Shown here: in pieces, positions 1 through 12,945 of the stretch
How the letters are laid out: each line of letters begins with the position of its first letter
How positions within the stretch are numbered: position 1 is the first letter of the stretch
Assembly (NCBI RefSeq): GCF_002105155.1
Contig: NW_019029014.1
Span: 372,001 to 436,000 of the forward strand
Length of the DNA stretch: 64,000 nt
Reading direction: 5' to 3'
Source of the DNA: Lobosporangium transversale
Taxonomy: Eukaryota
Program-made: the position numbers and the translations under genes
Notes under the pieces: model-generated
The model's input: the letters and a program-made list of their open reading frames with translations, nothing else
The model's database searches: none
What the model was told of the DNA's origin: nothing

Positions 1-46
1 CTTTTCTTTTTTGTTTCTTTCTTTCTTTCTGTCTCTCTGATAATAG

Positions 47-1377
47 ACATTTTCCCACTTGATAAAGTATATCATCTCTGGGACAAAATACTCGTCGGAC
101 CTTCTTCACTCCCACTTTTTGTTGGTATTGCAATATTACAGCAATTTCGCCAACAGTTACTACGATCTGAGTTCAATGAGGCCATCAGTATTTTCTCTGA
201 ATCCTTCCCAGGAATGGACATCGAAAAGTGTATTGAAACTGCACTGGCAATGTGTCGTGTCACGCCACCATCTACTTGCTGGCTATCGTACGATCAAGAA
301 TCGAGGGAAATACGAGAGCAGCTACACTTGCCAATAACAATATCAACAGCCGCAATCCCTGGAAAAGTAGTTAATGGCGAAGTCGGGGGACAAAAACCAA
401 ACGGTAAAGAAATCAGTCAATCTTCCGCAGGGCCAACAGCCCCTGTAGATCATAATATTTACAGCAGCTCTAAAGCATCCTCGGATCATCAGGAGTTGAA
501 GAGACCGAAAGAAATCGAGAAGCGAATATCAGGTGGTGTAGGGGTCTTGCACTGGTGGGAAGAGCCTCTTTCAATCGAAACAATGGATGCAGAACTTGCT
601 CCGCGAATACATCGTTCTGATTTTGTGAAGCTTCGCCAACAGGCCATGGTGATTGATATTCGGCCTGAAGAAGAGTAAGAAAATGACTCTCTGCTAAATT
701 TTATCTCCTAACTAACTCTACTGTCACGCCACTGTTTAAGTAAACATTGAAGTACAACAATGTCTTCGTTAACCTGATGCGGTTTGGTATCCTGCGTTTG
801 CATTTAGGTTCTGCAATGGCCACTATCCACTTTCAATTCAGATGGTCCCTGGCCAACTGGGGCTATTGGTGCACATTCTAGGGAAACTTAAAAAAAACTA
901 TCTCGTCGTGATCGCCAATAGAGGGGATTCTGGGCCAGAGGTATGCCATGTTTGTGTGGGTGACAAAGAAGAATGGTAGCGAGTTTGCTTTGTCTGGGCA
1001 TTCAACGACTTTCCTTCATTGTTCTTTCGACCAAACCATAGTTTGCCTCGGCATTGGTGCGACACGGCTTTTCAAGAGTCGCACTATTAATGGGTGGCAT
1101 TGATGCCCTTCGAATCACGGAACCTGTGATGTCGTTGACATCTAATTCTGCAATACCAGGGAATCAAGCATCACCGTCCCTTTCTACTGTCAGTACCGCA
1201 TCCACGGCAGTGACAGGTACGACGACAACTACAATAATTACGACACCAACAATCTGTTCTTGTAAACCATTCCGTCAAGCTATTACGGTGCAGAGCAAAA
1301 TCAAAGATGAAGTGGCTGTCCAGAAATGTAAGACACCATTTACTCAAAAGAAGATGCGAACGACGATGGCTGCGTAG
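47..1377 (+). CDS. TBCK: TBC domain-containing kinase-like protein (TBC + rhodanese domains), 3' part; gene starts upstream of the window
   Basis: Exons ~47-674, 808-940 and 1042-1377 with GT-AG introns. They give TBC C-terminal HIFPLDKVYHLWDKILVG...EFNEAISIFSESFPGMDIEKC, then rhodanese-like VIDIRPEEEFCNGHYPLSI...GFSRVALLMGGIDAL. Confidence 0.85.
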
Positions 1378-1512
1378 ACTAGTGTAATACTTATTATCTA
1401 CAACATACTAATAAAAGTTTGAGACTTTCTTGGATTTCCGCATGGGCGAAGCACAATCCCCGTTACTTCATACCACAAATAACTCTAGCTTTATTTATTT
1501 ATTTATTTATTT

Positions 1513-1548
<36 letters not shown>

Positions 1549-2339
1549 TGCATTCTCCCTTGTTACATCTCCATAGTTAGAAAGCTGTCAACAAAGGGTA
1601 AAATTACTGGTAACAAGATCATTCGTGACATTTAAAGCAAGGTCACACTTCGTCAATAATACGTACTTTTGTTGTGCTTGATCCAGTTACTCGTATTTTC
1701 TTATTTTGCTATGCTTGCTTGGACCTTCTTCCATCGTTGGTGTCACAGGAGGTACAGGAATTTTGAACAAGAAGGAAGTGACGCGAGAAGTGAACAGCAT
1801 CGCTGACAGGGAAGTAAAGGACAATTTAATATGATGAAGGTAACATTGTCAACGTCATTGTTGACAAAGCTAGTAGATATATTGAGGATAGAGAGGTGCT
1901 AATCAGAGGGCGACGCTATGAAGGTTACCAGGTTAGTGGAGAAGTATAGCAATGATTAGAATAGGATGTTTTGGGATCGAGAAAACGAACGCTAACTAGC
2001 CTATGAAAAGGAGGAACAAGGCACCGTTTGGCCAAAGTCATCATTTGTGTTGTGGGCCAAGGTCACATTTTGGGGACTAAAATTCTACTGGGCTTAGTTA
2101 TATAATTTATAAACTGGTCATTTGATCCGTCACAGGAATGCCCCCCAAAACCTATTTGAAAATTGGTTTTAGGTCATTACATACATTTCACTTTCGTTCA
2201 TTCTTTTTTTTTTTTTTGTAAATCACTAAATCACTAAAACATTGCTACATCCATCTTTACTTCAATTTTTTTTTCTGTTATTTATTATTTTTATATTTAT
2301 TTTATTTTATTATTTGATTTGTGTCCTAAAATATTTGCT

Positions 2340-4196
2340 ATGCCTCGGCAAAGTAAACTGTCAATTTCCCTTTTGCTGTCCTTAATTCTCTTGGCATTTT
2401 CTCTTGCACTTGCGCATCCACTCTTCGGACCTTTTTCTCGAAAATACAGCATCGCACAGATCTCGCCGGGACAACAACAAGAAGATAGATCGTCATGGAT
2501 GCAACCTATAATCGAATCACAGCTCAGTCATAACCAATATTCCTTCCAACCTCCAATCCCCATTCATCAAAGGCATCCTCCAACCAAACAGCAGATAAAA
2601 AACGATCCTGATGACCTTTTGTTAGCACAGATTGGTCAAGATCGACCAGATGAGGTCTTAACTCTACGCCATGCCCTTCATCATGGTGGCCATCGATTCC
2701 CAAGACTCTTTCGTCGACGTGATTTCTCTCAAGCAGATATTCTAGCCAACGAGTTGCTCACAGGAGAATCTTTGTCTCATCAAGTGAAAGTCAAGACCAC
2801 AACAACGGTTAAACCTAAGGGAGATCGATTCAAGTCATTCAAGAATAAAGGCTTCCGTGCTCTTGGGATGGGCTTACAAGGTCAACAACAATCCTTTGGA
2901 CCCGAAACCTGGACACGTGAACTGGTGGATGCCCCAGATATGACAGATAAAGAGACAATTATATCCTTGTCAAAAATGAATTACAACTCGTATACCGAGG
3001 TAGCCAGTCCAGGATGGTATGATCTTGAAGACAACTGGGCAGTGGTAAGCTTTTTTTTTTAAGGCAATGAACTTTGTATTTACGTTTTTCATGTTGATGC
3101 AATTGTCTGTGCAAATTACATGGCTAGGAGCATGTGAGAAAAAAGCACACAAAATTATATTAGACTGAATTTTACACCTGTTTTTTCTTACATTTAAACA
3201 TGGCTTTAGAACTCGACATTTGGTTGGGAAGAAGATGGTGTTAGAGGCCATGTATTTGCATCCAAGGACAATACAACCTTAATTGTTGCTATCAAAGGTA
3301 CCACGGCCGCACTTTTGGGTGGAGGTGGCCGTACTGCAACGCGTGATAAAATCAACGTAAGTCCTTTTACATAGTGTGCTCCCTAATTCCTGGCCCTGTA
3401 CCCCCCATCCACCCACCTACCTTCTGGTGCAAACGATTTTGACGGGTATGTCATTGTATTACACATTTTATAGGACAACTTATTGTTCTCATGCTGTTGT
3501 GCCAAGGTGGATCGAACATGGCGAGGCGTTTGCGATTGTAATACTGGCGGGTATCAATGCGATCAGACTTGTATCGAGCATAGCGTCAGTTCCGACGACG
3601 TTTATTATAATATAGCGATGGTATTGTACACAACAACCCCCGTAGGCTGTGGATTTTTTTTTATGACCTATGCTTTTTGACATTAACTCCTCTTATCTGC
3701 TATACTTCGCTCTTGTTGTAAGACCGTCTTGTGGACAGTACAGGATATGTACCCGAATGCGAATGTTTGGCTGACGGGGCACAGTTTGGGTGGCGGTCTC
3801 TCAGCATTGCTAGGTCTGACGTTCGGTGTACCTACAGTGACATTTGAAACCCCAGGTGACCGACTCGCAGCGCAGAGACTTCATTTACCTGGACCTCCTG
3901 CGATTAACTGGGATGAGTTTCCGCTCTTCCATGTGGGCCATACGGCAGATCCAATATTCCAAGGGGTTTGTAATGGGCCACGAAGTGCTTGTTATTACTC
4001 GGGATTTGCTTTAGAGAGCAAATGCCACACAGGCAGGACCTGTGTCTATGATCCAGTAGGCGAAGATAACTGGAGGGTAGATATTCGGACACATCGCTTG
4101 GCAGATACGATCGAGGGTGTGCTCAAAGTGAAAGAAGTGCCACAGTGTAAACAGGAGGTCGGATGTGTTGATTGTGGATTATGGAATTATGTGTAA
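2340..4196 (+). CDS. ATG15: Autophagy lipase Atg15 (class 3 lipase), 4 exons
   Basis: N-terminal hydrophobic anchor, NSTFGWEEDGVRGHVF, DNLLFSCCCA, lipase nucleophile motif WLTGHSLGG, HTADPIFQG and ESKCHTG. GT-AG introns after 3044, ~3356 and ~3620. Confidence 0.93.
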
Positions 4197-4298
4197 AACT
4201 ATTTAATGTGTACAAAAATATTTGAATATATATTATAATTATCTATCACTGTCTTCTTTTTGCCTTTTTTTTTATTTTTTTATTTTTATTTTTTGTAC

Positions 4299-7200
4299 TT
4301 AAGTCGCCACATTGGATGTCAGCTCAGCAATCATCAAAAACTCTTGAGCTCGGTACTGGGTGTCAACTACGTATGATGATGAGAAGGAAGAAGAAGTAGT
4401 GTTCCAGCTGAGAATATGCGCTCGTACGACAGCCGCGATATTGGCTGGAATACCATTTTTAGATTTGAGGGTGATCTTGGTTAGAGCAGTGAAAATAAAT
4501 GCTTGAATCAGGGATTCTGCATTCATAAAAAAAAAAAAAGAAAGAAAGAAAGAAAAGCGTGTCAATTCCTTTGCGTAACTTTGGAAGGCATGATTAATCC
4601 CTTATTAAAATTACAATCTTTTCTTTGTTACCTTGATTGATCAAGAGACAACGCACCAGGACTTCAAGGATAGTTGATATGCTTCCATCATCAGCAATAT
4701 CACCATATTCACCTAGGATCCAGGTTGCAAAATAGGCCAGTGGCAGTGTTGAAGTCACCTTATCCTTTTCAGAGGCCAAAGTGGAAGTGGTCAAACTGTA
4801 CTCCTTCTCAGCAAGTAGCTCCATGGTCTTTTGGACAGCTAAGACTCGCAAGTGTATTGTGGTGAAAGCAGGGCTTCTTGCACCTGCCAATCACATGGAC
4901 ACCAGACATCAGACATGGCACGAAACTTTGGAGTCAGGGCAAAAATTTTGCGATAAGCTAAAGTATGCAAACAAAAAGACACAGTTTTGTTTACCTTTTT
5001 CAAAAACTCGCATGACCCTTTCAACAGTCTGCATGGTTATTACTTGTCCTCCTCTTTCTAACAAGTCATAAATTAGCTCAAGGTACCATGCCTCAGATTT
5101 ACCAAACCTTTCTCCTGCATCCAAGATCTGATCCAAAATTTTTTCACGACGGCTTGGATATTGTTCACCCCTAGATCGACCATTGCTGCCATTGTTACTC
5201 TTATTATTTTCGGTCGAAGCATATTCGTCCTGTTCCTGATAAAAGGCATAGACAAGTCTGTCAATAATGTTCTCAGAGTTATCAATGGTCAGCATCCGAT
5301 AGAGCAAGTCGAGTGCCTTTCTTTGGATCGTAGCATCTCGGCTGTCTAAGGCTTGGACGACAGCTGACAGCAAATCTTCATTCCACCAGGTATCTGACCA
5401 GGCATCCGGACGAACCTGACAGAGCATGGAGATGCCCAGATATTTCAGGTTCTGATTCGAAGATGTTGCAAATTTAGTAATAATCAAAAGTGGGTTCCGA
5501 CTCTTTTCCTTGTACTGACACAACTCAAGAATAACCGCTGGTTGAAAGGTGTTCAATGTTCGAATCACCTCAAATAGGATAGCTACGATTGCAGAAAAAT
5601 AATTGCACAAGATCAATTGATGATCTAGATTTTTTTTTTTTTTTTTTTTTCCACGCTAGCGTAGCGTTGTACAAAAAGATAAAGACATGTGTCTCATCTA
5701 AGAAACACACAAAACTTTTTTTTGTGCAGCTGTCTAGCTTTTTCAACAGGTTCCGGCCAATAAACCCATACACTGGGACTGGATATAAGAAATAAGAAAA
5801 ATAAAAAAAGCCTCATTCAAAATACGAAAAGAATTGCTGGATTAGAATTTGACGCCGGCTCCCTAAGGCTGCCCAAAGAGGTAGATTACTATCAATCTAT
5901 AAGATAGCTTCTTCATGGAGTGAGTTCTTGTTATGACTGAGGGAGCAGGGGCCTGTAAATGGAGTGTTTTCTTCCCGACAAAACGAAAAAAAACAAAGGT
6001 GGCGATGTAGAACCTCATTCTTGCATGCATCCATGCAACAAAATACGAATATTAGGACCACAACACAAACACATTGACACATCGACACAAAGGTCGTCAT
6101 CAGCTTATGTGATTCAGGCACAATAACAAGCACAAACACAGTCTTAACCACCACATCAGCAGAGCATTATGAGGAATTCAATATTCTTCTGTTCATCATT
6201 AAATTGACCCAGACTTTGTAGCTAATTAATAAGGCGGACTTACCAAACGCGGTATCAACTCCTTGCCTTGCTTTGTGGAATGCTCCCATGATGACTGGCG
6301 TCATCGCCATACTTGCACTTAGAGAATACCATATCATCCAGTCGTTTTTTTTTTTTTTTTATAAAAAAAAGTTGGGTCCAGTTGAGGAAGAGTCGCAGTT
6401 CGGGTGGAAAATGAAAAAAAAAAAAAAAAAAAAAAAAATTTAGTTCCACAATGGGCAAAAAAACTGGAAACCAGGCATAACATGAATTATTGTTACCCAG
6501 ACCCCCGGAGAATTCATAGAATTTTAAAAAACTATTCCATAAGCATTTTCTGTACCTAAGATCATATTGTCCGAGACGTGCCATTATTTGGAGACAGCGG
6601 ATTTGGATCCATGGTGCAGGAGTTCCATGATAGGAATAACCTTTGGGCAGCTTGCCATCAATCACCTGTTGGAGAATCTTGATGAGTGCTGGTACAAGCC
6701 CAATCATTTCTTTCCCATGGTCCTAATGGATGGCATAAAAAAAAGAGTGTTCATGCATTGCATGTAGACCGCAGGATATTGGAGGGAAAAAAAAAAAAAA
6801 AAAAAAAAAAAACCGCCTACTTGAACAACCACAGCAAAAAAACCAAGGGCAGCAGACATAACACTTGGTTCAGAGTCAAAAAGCGCCTCTTTAATCTGAT
6901 CGAGGTATGGTAGTATCAAGTCTGGATTCTGGATATAAAAGTTTTTCAAAGCAACCAATGCCCGCTTTCGAACTGACTCACTAAGATCAATGAAAGAAAT
7001 GTGGAGATTGACAGCAGTGCGTGTGAGTTAAGAGTCTAATAACCTAATGGCTTTTTTTTTTTTTTTTTTTTTTTTTTTTGCATAATCAGACCGATTTTTT
7101 TTTTTTTTTTTTTTTCAGTGCGTGGTGGTATTACTTTGTGTGCAACATGGCTTTGAGGACATGGCCGACCATAGAAGGGATCACGTCTAACAACGTCATG

Positions 7201-7328
7201 TTGCAGAGTGTCACTAGCGCCACGACAACATGGTGATAGTTGCTGCTTGTCAAATCCTATTTTTTTAAAATTGAATTTTAGAATTTTAGAAGCTCAGAGG
7301 AAAAAGGCTTCACATTTCTCCGAACTTT

Positions 7329-7359
<31 letters not shown>

Positions 7360-8355
7360 TAAAAACCTTTTGAAGCGTGTTCACCAGCATAATATTAAGC
7401 TCGTTGCCTTCTTGAAGCAACAGATAACAAGCAAGGTATCCTATAACAGGCCAAAGGGCCCCAAGTAATAATCAAAGAAATGTCTATCAGAAACATAAAT
7501 GCTGGATTTGAAGCGGCTTAAGAGGGAAAGAATTGAGTGCACAAACCAGCACGCTTTTCTGCCACAGTCTGCCCACTCTGAGCTAGTTTTAACGCATAGA
7601 TGACTCCGAATTGGACATCCTGCCCCATCATTTCTCCGTAAATAAGTCGTATCATGTTCTCTTTCATAACAGCCTAGAATTTGGGTGAAAAAAATATGTC
7701 AGTTGTCATGAAATAGGATGAATCAACCCGATCCAATCTTCCTATGTACTATCATTTGGAATAGCCAGGAGGTAGTTTATTATCGGATGTTTCTTGAAAT
7801 AAGCTAAACAGATACCACTTTTATTACCGTTGATACGTTGGGATTGGAGATGTTAAGCCGTAGAGCCTCCAGCGACTCATCTGAAAAGGCTTTTGCATCT
7901 TCTGTCTAAAAAAGTAAGACAAAGCGGGAGGATGATCAAAAGGATAAATATAAAGCGTACAAGAAAGCCAAAGGTCTGAGGACAAGGGCTACAGAGCCAG
8001 AAAGGGTGGTGTATCTAATTGATTCATTAAAAGATGAAATAAATAAAAAGGAAACATCGACTATCAAGATCGCCGCGTATGCAGCATGTGCATACCACGC
8101 GTCCCGAGTCTGTGCTATGGCTGCCCGTGCCTGTCAGAGTAGAAAGCAACTTTCGTGAAAAGTCCATCGCCAATAAAAAATAAAAAATAAAAAATAAAAA
8201 AGACCCACAGAGCAGAGGTGTGGAATATGCTTTCTCCTTTCTCTGTGACTGAAAGAAGAGATAGTGAGGGTGGTAATAGTGGTGGAATCAAAATTAGTAG
8301 TTGCAGGTATTGCTTTTATTGTAATTGTTGAATCAGAATCAGGCAATGATTGCAT
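4299..8355 (-). CDS. AP4E1: AP-4 adaptor complex subunit epsilon (Adaptin_N trunk), multi-exon; 5' exon uncertain
   Basis: Spliced segments GEMMGQDVQFGVIYALKLAQSGQTVAEKRAG, ILQQVIDGKLPKGYSYHGTPAPWIQIRCLQIM, SSNQNLKYLGI, LDSRDATIQRKALDLLYRM and WILGEYG match epsilon-type large adaptins. Confidence 0.8.
6092..6209 (-). ncRNA. Candidate intronic C/D-box snoRNA in the long AP-4 epsilon intron
   Basis: On the host strand: GGTC, then ATGATGA (box C), an internal CTGA (D'), a terminal CTGA (box D) and GACC closing a stem. No guide target was recognised. Confidence 0.3.
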
Positions 8356-9473
8356 TCAGCCTTGAACAGTAACGAGAACACAGGCGGCTATGCTCTCTCT
8401 GTATCAATTGTGATGGTATATACTGTGAGCGTAGCAGTGCCTTCAAAAAAAAAATAAAATAAAAAAAAATGCAGATACAGAATGCTCTTCACAAGTGCAC
8501 TCTCTTGTATTGATTCCAATTCAGTCAACAATACCAATGGCAAAATAAATGGGATAAAATAAAACAAATGGCTCTTTCGTTGTATAGAGCAGAACAGAGG
8601 CTGCTCTCCTCCTTTTCTTTCCTTCCCTTCCTTCTTTCTTTTTTTTTTTTTCTCTCTCACCTCTCTAGTGCTGTTATCCTATAATCACTCTCACCACCAT
8701 CCCCCTCTTTCTTGCTCTCCATCTCCAGGGGTGTTTACTTGTGTGTGGGTCGTGCCTGGCATAATTAGAAGTATTCAAGCCCTATTTTACTCACGTTCTG
8801 CTCTTGTCTTTAGCAACCACTTCCCCATCTCCCCTCTCACTCTTTCTCTCATCCTACATTCATTCTCGCACAATCACACTCTATTTACCATTCAATACCT
8901 GTCTTCCCTCTCCCACACCCTTACTCGCATACACACACTCTCTCTCTTTCTCTTTCTCTAGTTGCAATCATAACCCATTGCTCAACTCAATTCGTTCATT
9001 CAACACTGGTTTATTATTATCTATAATCATTATTCATATTACACTCTTTATTTTTGTGCATTTCGGATTATTTAGAGCTATTCATTCTTTTTCTCCCTTT
9101 CCCTCCATTTTTTTTTTTTTCTTTTTTTTCTCTCTTCTAATCACCCGACACAGCATCATGTCGGTGATTCTGTAATATTCTTCGAGTTCTTGCTTTCCTA
9201 TTCTTTTTAACAACCAAATATCTTTGTTGTCAATTGGATCTCGATCTTCTTGGCACTCATTCCCCAATTTCACATCATAACCCACTACATAAAACATTCA
9301 CATACATATACACATTCATCCGTACATACACAAATACACATATACATACATTTACGCACACACTCTCTAACTCCCTCACTTGCCTATAATCATCACACGT
9401 CCTGTGACTGCACCGCTCTACTCCTACTGCATCCATCTTATCATTCGCACCTACGTACATTTATCAGGGCAAT

Positions 9474-10971
9474 ATGGGTGGCTCACAACAAGGCGATCAG
9501 ACCAACGAGGCTGACGGAGATACTCCTCTTGAGACTGATCCCACAGGAAGATTTCAGCGCTTAAATGAAATCTTGGGCGAAGGTGCTTACAAACACGTCT
9601 ATAAAGCCTTCGATCAGGAGGAGGGCGTTGAAGTGGCCTGGAATCAGCTTCGTATCGACCATCTTACAAAGAAGGAAGCTCAAAAGATTCTCTCCGAGAT
9701 TGAGATTTTAGAGTCCATCCGTAACGAGCACATTATCAATTTTCTAGCCTCCTGGTCTACCAAGGCTCCAAACGGTGGAGAGCGCGTTGTTTTTGTAACC
9801 GAGCTCATGTCTTCTGGAACACTGAAGCAGTATCTCAAAAAGACACTTAAAGGTCCATTAAAGCCTAAAGTCCTCAAGTCATGGTGTCGTCAAATCCTTC
9901 AGGGCCTTGTCTATCTTCACACCCATGATCCTCCCATCATTCATCGAGATCTTAAATGCGATAATATTTTCATCAATGGCAACAACGGACAGCTTAAAAT
10001 CGGAGACCTTGGACTTGCAGTCGTGCGCCATCGAACCCATGTCTCCTCTGTCCTGGGTACTCCTGAATTTATGGCGCCAGAGCTCTATGATGAAAAGTAT
10101 GACGAGAAAGTTGACATTTATGCCTTTGGCATGTGTGTTCTTGAAATGGCAAGTGCATTTTTTTTTTTTTTTTTTTTTTTTTCTTTTTTGACTCGGATGA
10201 CAAATTGGCCAATATGTTCCAAAAAAAAAAAAAAAAAAAAAAAAAAACAGGAAAAGCAAAGGAAATACGCTTGTGTAAGGATCACAGAGTTGAATGTTAA
10301 TCATTCTTTCTCTGCTCATGGTCTATTTTGCTATTGTGCTGCGGTTTTTGTCTGCACTGCACTAATAGGTCACAAAGGAATATCCGTACTCCGAGTGCAC
10401 AAACCAGGCTCAAATTTATCGCAAGGTCACCAAAGGCATCAAGCCGCAGTCGCTGGATCATGTCCAAGATGAAGAAACTCGTGAGTTCATTAACCGTTGT
10501 CTGGATCATGATGATCGTACTCGTCCGTCTGCCCAGGAACTACTTGACTCGGATTTTTTGAAGCCCTGCGCTGCAGTACCTTCTCTTTGCGGCTCATCCA
10601 CAGGACTTCTTAATTATCCTAACCGAAGCCTCCACGATGGTATGGATACACCAGATGGTCATAGTCCGGCCTCCGCATCAGCCTTGGCTGGAACATCCTC
10701 CCTATCAACTGCAGCCTCGCCTTCATCATCTTTTGCATTACAAAATACATTGCCAGTCATGTTGCCCAAAGCGACTCCTTTACCTGAAAAGGCAGCAGCA
10801 GCAGGCCCTCAACCCATCACTATACCTACTACAGCCTTCACTACCACTACGACCGTTGATGCTGATAATAAGACCTATCATATCCGTTCTAATCTCGTAC
10901 CACAAACACCCACATCCTCTGAGCAATCTGTATCTAGTCTTCTTCAACAACACCAGCAGCTGACACAACAG

Positions 10972-11009
<38 letters not shown>

Positions 11010-12945
11010 ACATTCTCAAGAAAATAAAGCTGCAATACCTCAGCAGGAGCACGCGAAATTGGATATGGAGCCCCCTACACTGCACTCGCATGCAAACTCC
11101 AAGACATGCTCGATTCAAGTGGTGCAGTACGGTGAAGAAAATGGAGAACAACTAAATCTCAAGATGATTTGCACATGCCCCGTGGCTGGTCCTCGGGATG
11201 TGACCATGGCAGCTGGCACGCATGAGATCAAGTTTCCCTTTGACTTGAACGTGGACACGGTCGAGGAGGTCGTGGCTGAAATGATTCGCGAGCAAATCTT
11301 GTCTGGTGATGATCGTGAAGAAGCAACAGCAAAGATTCAGGATTTGATTGACAGCGTTGTCTTGGCCAGAAAAGAACGTGCTCGTGCTGCTAGGGAATTG
11401 CATAGAGCATCAAAAGCCGTAACCGACCATCGTGGACGCGCGTCCTCCAATCATCATCATGGCGTTGATCATACCAATCGATCTACATCGAACAGCCGTA
11501 AAAACGGCCATCATCGTCCGATGAAAAGCCCTTCTCTTTATGATCTACAGCAATACGGTTCCTCGCCTACGGAATCTCAGTACGATCATTACTCATCCGT
11601 GGGTTCCGACTCCATGAATACCTGGAATGATGTTGAGTCTCCCATCGAGTCAGATCAGGGCTACGGAACAGTTCCTCCTCACCCTCCTCAGCAACCTCCC
11701 GTCATTACTGAGTCGACTTTTCCTCCACTCAATAATCTTCATGCTCCATGTAACAAATCTATTGGATCGCCCGATCAGGCTGTGCAGGGACTGACGGATA
11801 AATCTCATCAGGCTACTTATTCTGAGGCTGTACAGCACTCTGTGGGTAACTTTCATCGATCTTTATCCCCCAATGCGATCGAGAGTGATGGATCTTCTAG
11901 AGTGTCAAGACCTCAAGATGACTCTACCTTGGAACAAAAGTCCCCGACAGCTCGGCCAGTAGAAACTAAGGCTACGCTCACAAACGGTGCTTTAACGAAA
12001 CAAACCTTACGGGATTTTGAAGCAGGAAGTGCAGACAAAAAGAAGTTTGATGATTTTGAGGATGTTGGATATACCTCTCCTTATCGCCATGGCGTGTCAA
12101 GTTCGTCAATCAACTATCATCGTCGATCACCTTCTGTGGATGCATCCGTCATCCTTACGTCTCCAGCGCTCACTTCAGCGCCTATAATGCCTTCCTATAC
12201 AGGCACATCGGAGACAGCCGTTGGAGCATCTGTTAGATTGCAAGGAAGCCTGGATCAACAACATTTGGGTGCTGCTGCTCCTACTGCCTCTACGCCTTCA
12301 GCTAGCATTAGTCCTGAGATTTCCCCTGCTCCTTCTCGGGACTCGCCACCGCAAAATATGTCATTGCTGAATTTGAATAGCCCGCCCATTCACACAAATA
12401 CCTCTGTCCAGGCTAGCATGTCGGATCCAGGACATTTGGGCCTAAATTCAAACGAACTTCAAGTGCCCTCTATTTTACCGCATACGATCCATTATGACCA
12501 ACGGGTGCCTTCTTCAACAGAATGGCCCCATCATGACTCTTTACATCCTCATCAATATGCCCTCCACCCGCAACAAAAGTATGCTACGCAACCCTTCCAA
12601 GAGCCCATGTTGACAAGCGAAGCCAAGAAGAGCATTGAGCTTTGGAGTAACAAAGTTCAGCCACCAGATCGTGTGAATAGTGGGGCTGGATACATGAATG
12701 GATCAAATTACTCGAGCTGCCCAGAGATGTCAGATGATGATGAGATACTGGATGAAGATCTTAAAATCTTGAGAGAGAAACAGCGCCAAGAACTCGAGCT
12801 GATGCGACTACAGCACTTACAGCAGTGGGAAATGATGATGAAGCTTAAGGAACAGAAAGGACTGCAAGAGCGGAGTCGGCGCAAGAGCGAAGTCAACGGC
12901 TCAGCCTACTCTCCTATTATGTCATCATCATCCTTTCACCATTAA
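9474..12945 (+). CDS. WNK: WNK (with-no-lysine) family Ser/Thr kinase; exons 9474-10148 and 10369-12945
   Basis: GEGAYKHVYKAFDQEEGVEVAWNQ (Lys in the Gly-loop, none in subdomain II), HRDLKCDNIFING, KIGDLGLA, GTPEFMAPE and EM|VTKEYPYSEC across the intron. Also a CCT/PF2-like EIKFPFDLNVDTVEEVVAEMI and a C-terminal coiled coil. Confidence 0.95.
10946..11010 (+). repeat. CAG/CAA microsatellite encoding polyglutamine in WNK
   Basis: Run of cag/caa codons (QQHQQLTQQQQQQQQQQQQQQQH). Confidence 0.9.

Noticed and set aside
1689..1800. Short minus-strand ORF with PPVTPTMEEG, reminiscent of a lipoyl-domain start
   Set aside because: It stops after ~37 codons, and no splice route to an ETDK-type lipoyl motif was found.
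8388..9460. Many short Phe/Lys-rich ORFs here and throughout intergenic regions
   Set aside because: They arise from poly(A)/poly(T) and CT-rich promoter or UTR sequence, or are antisense shadows of real genes.
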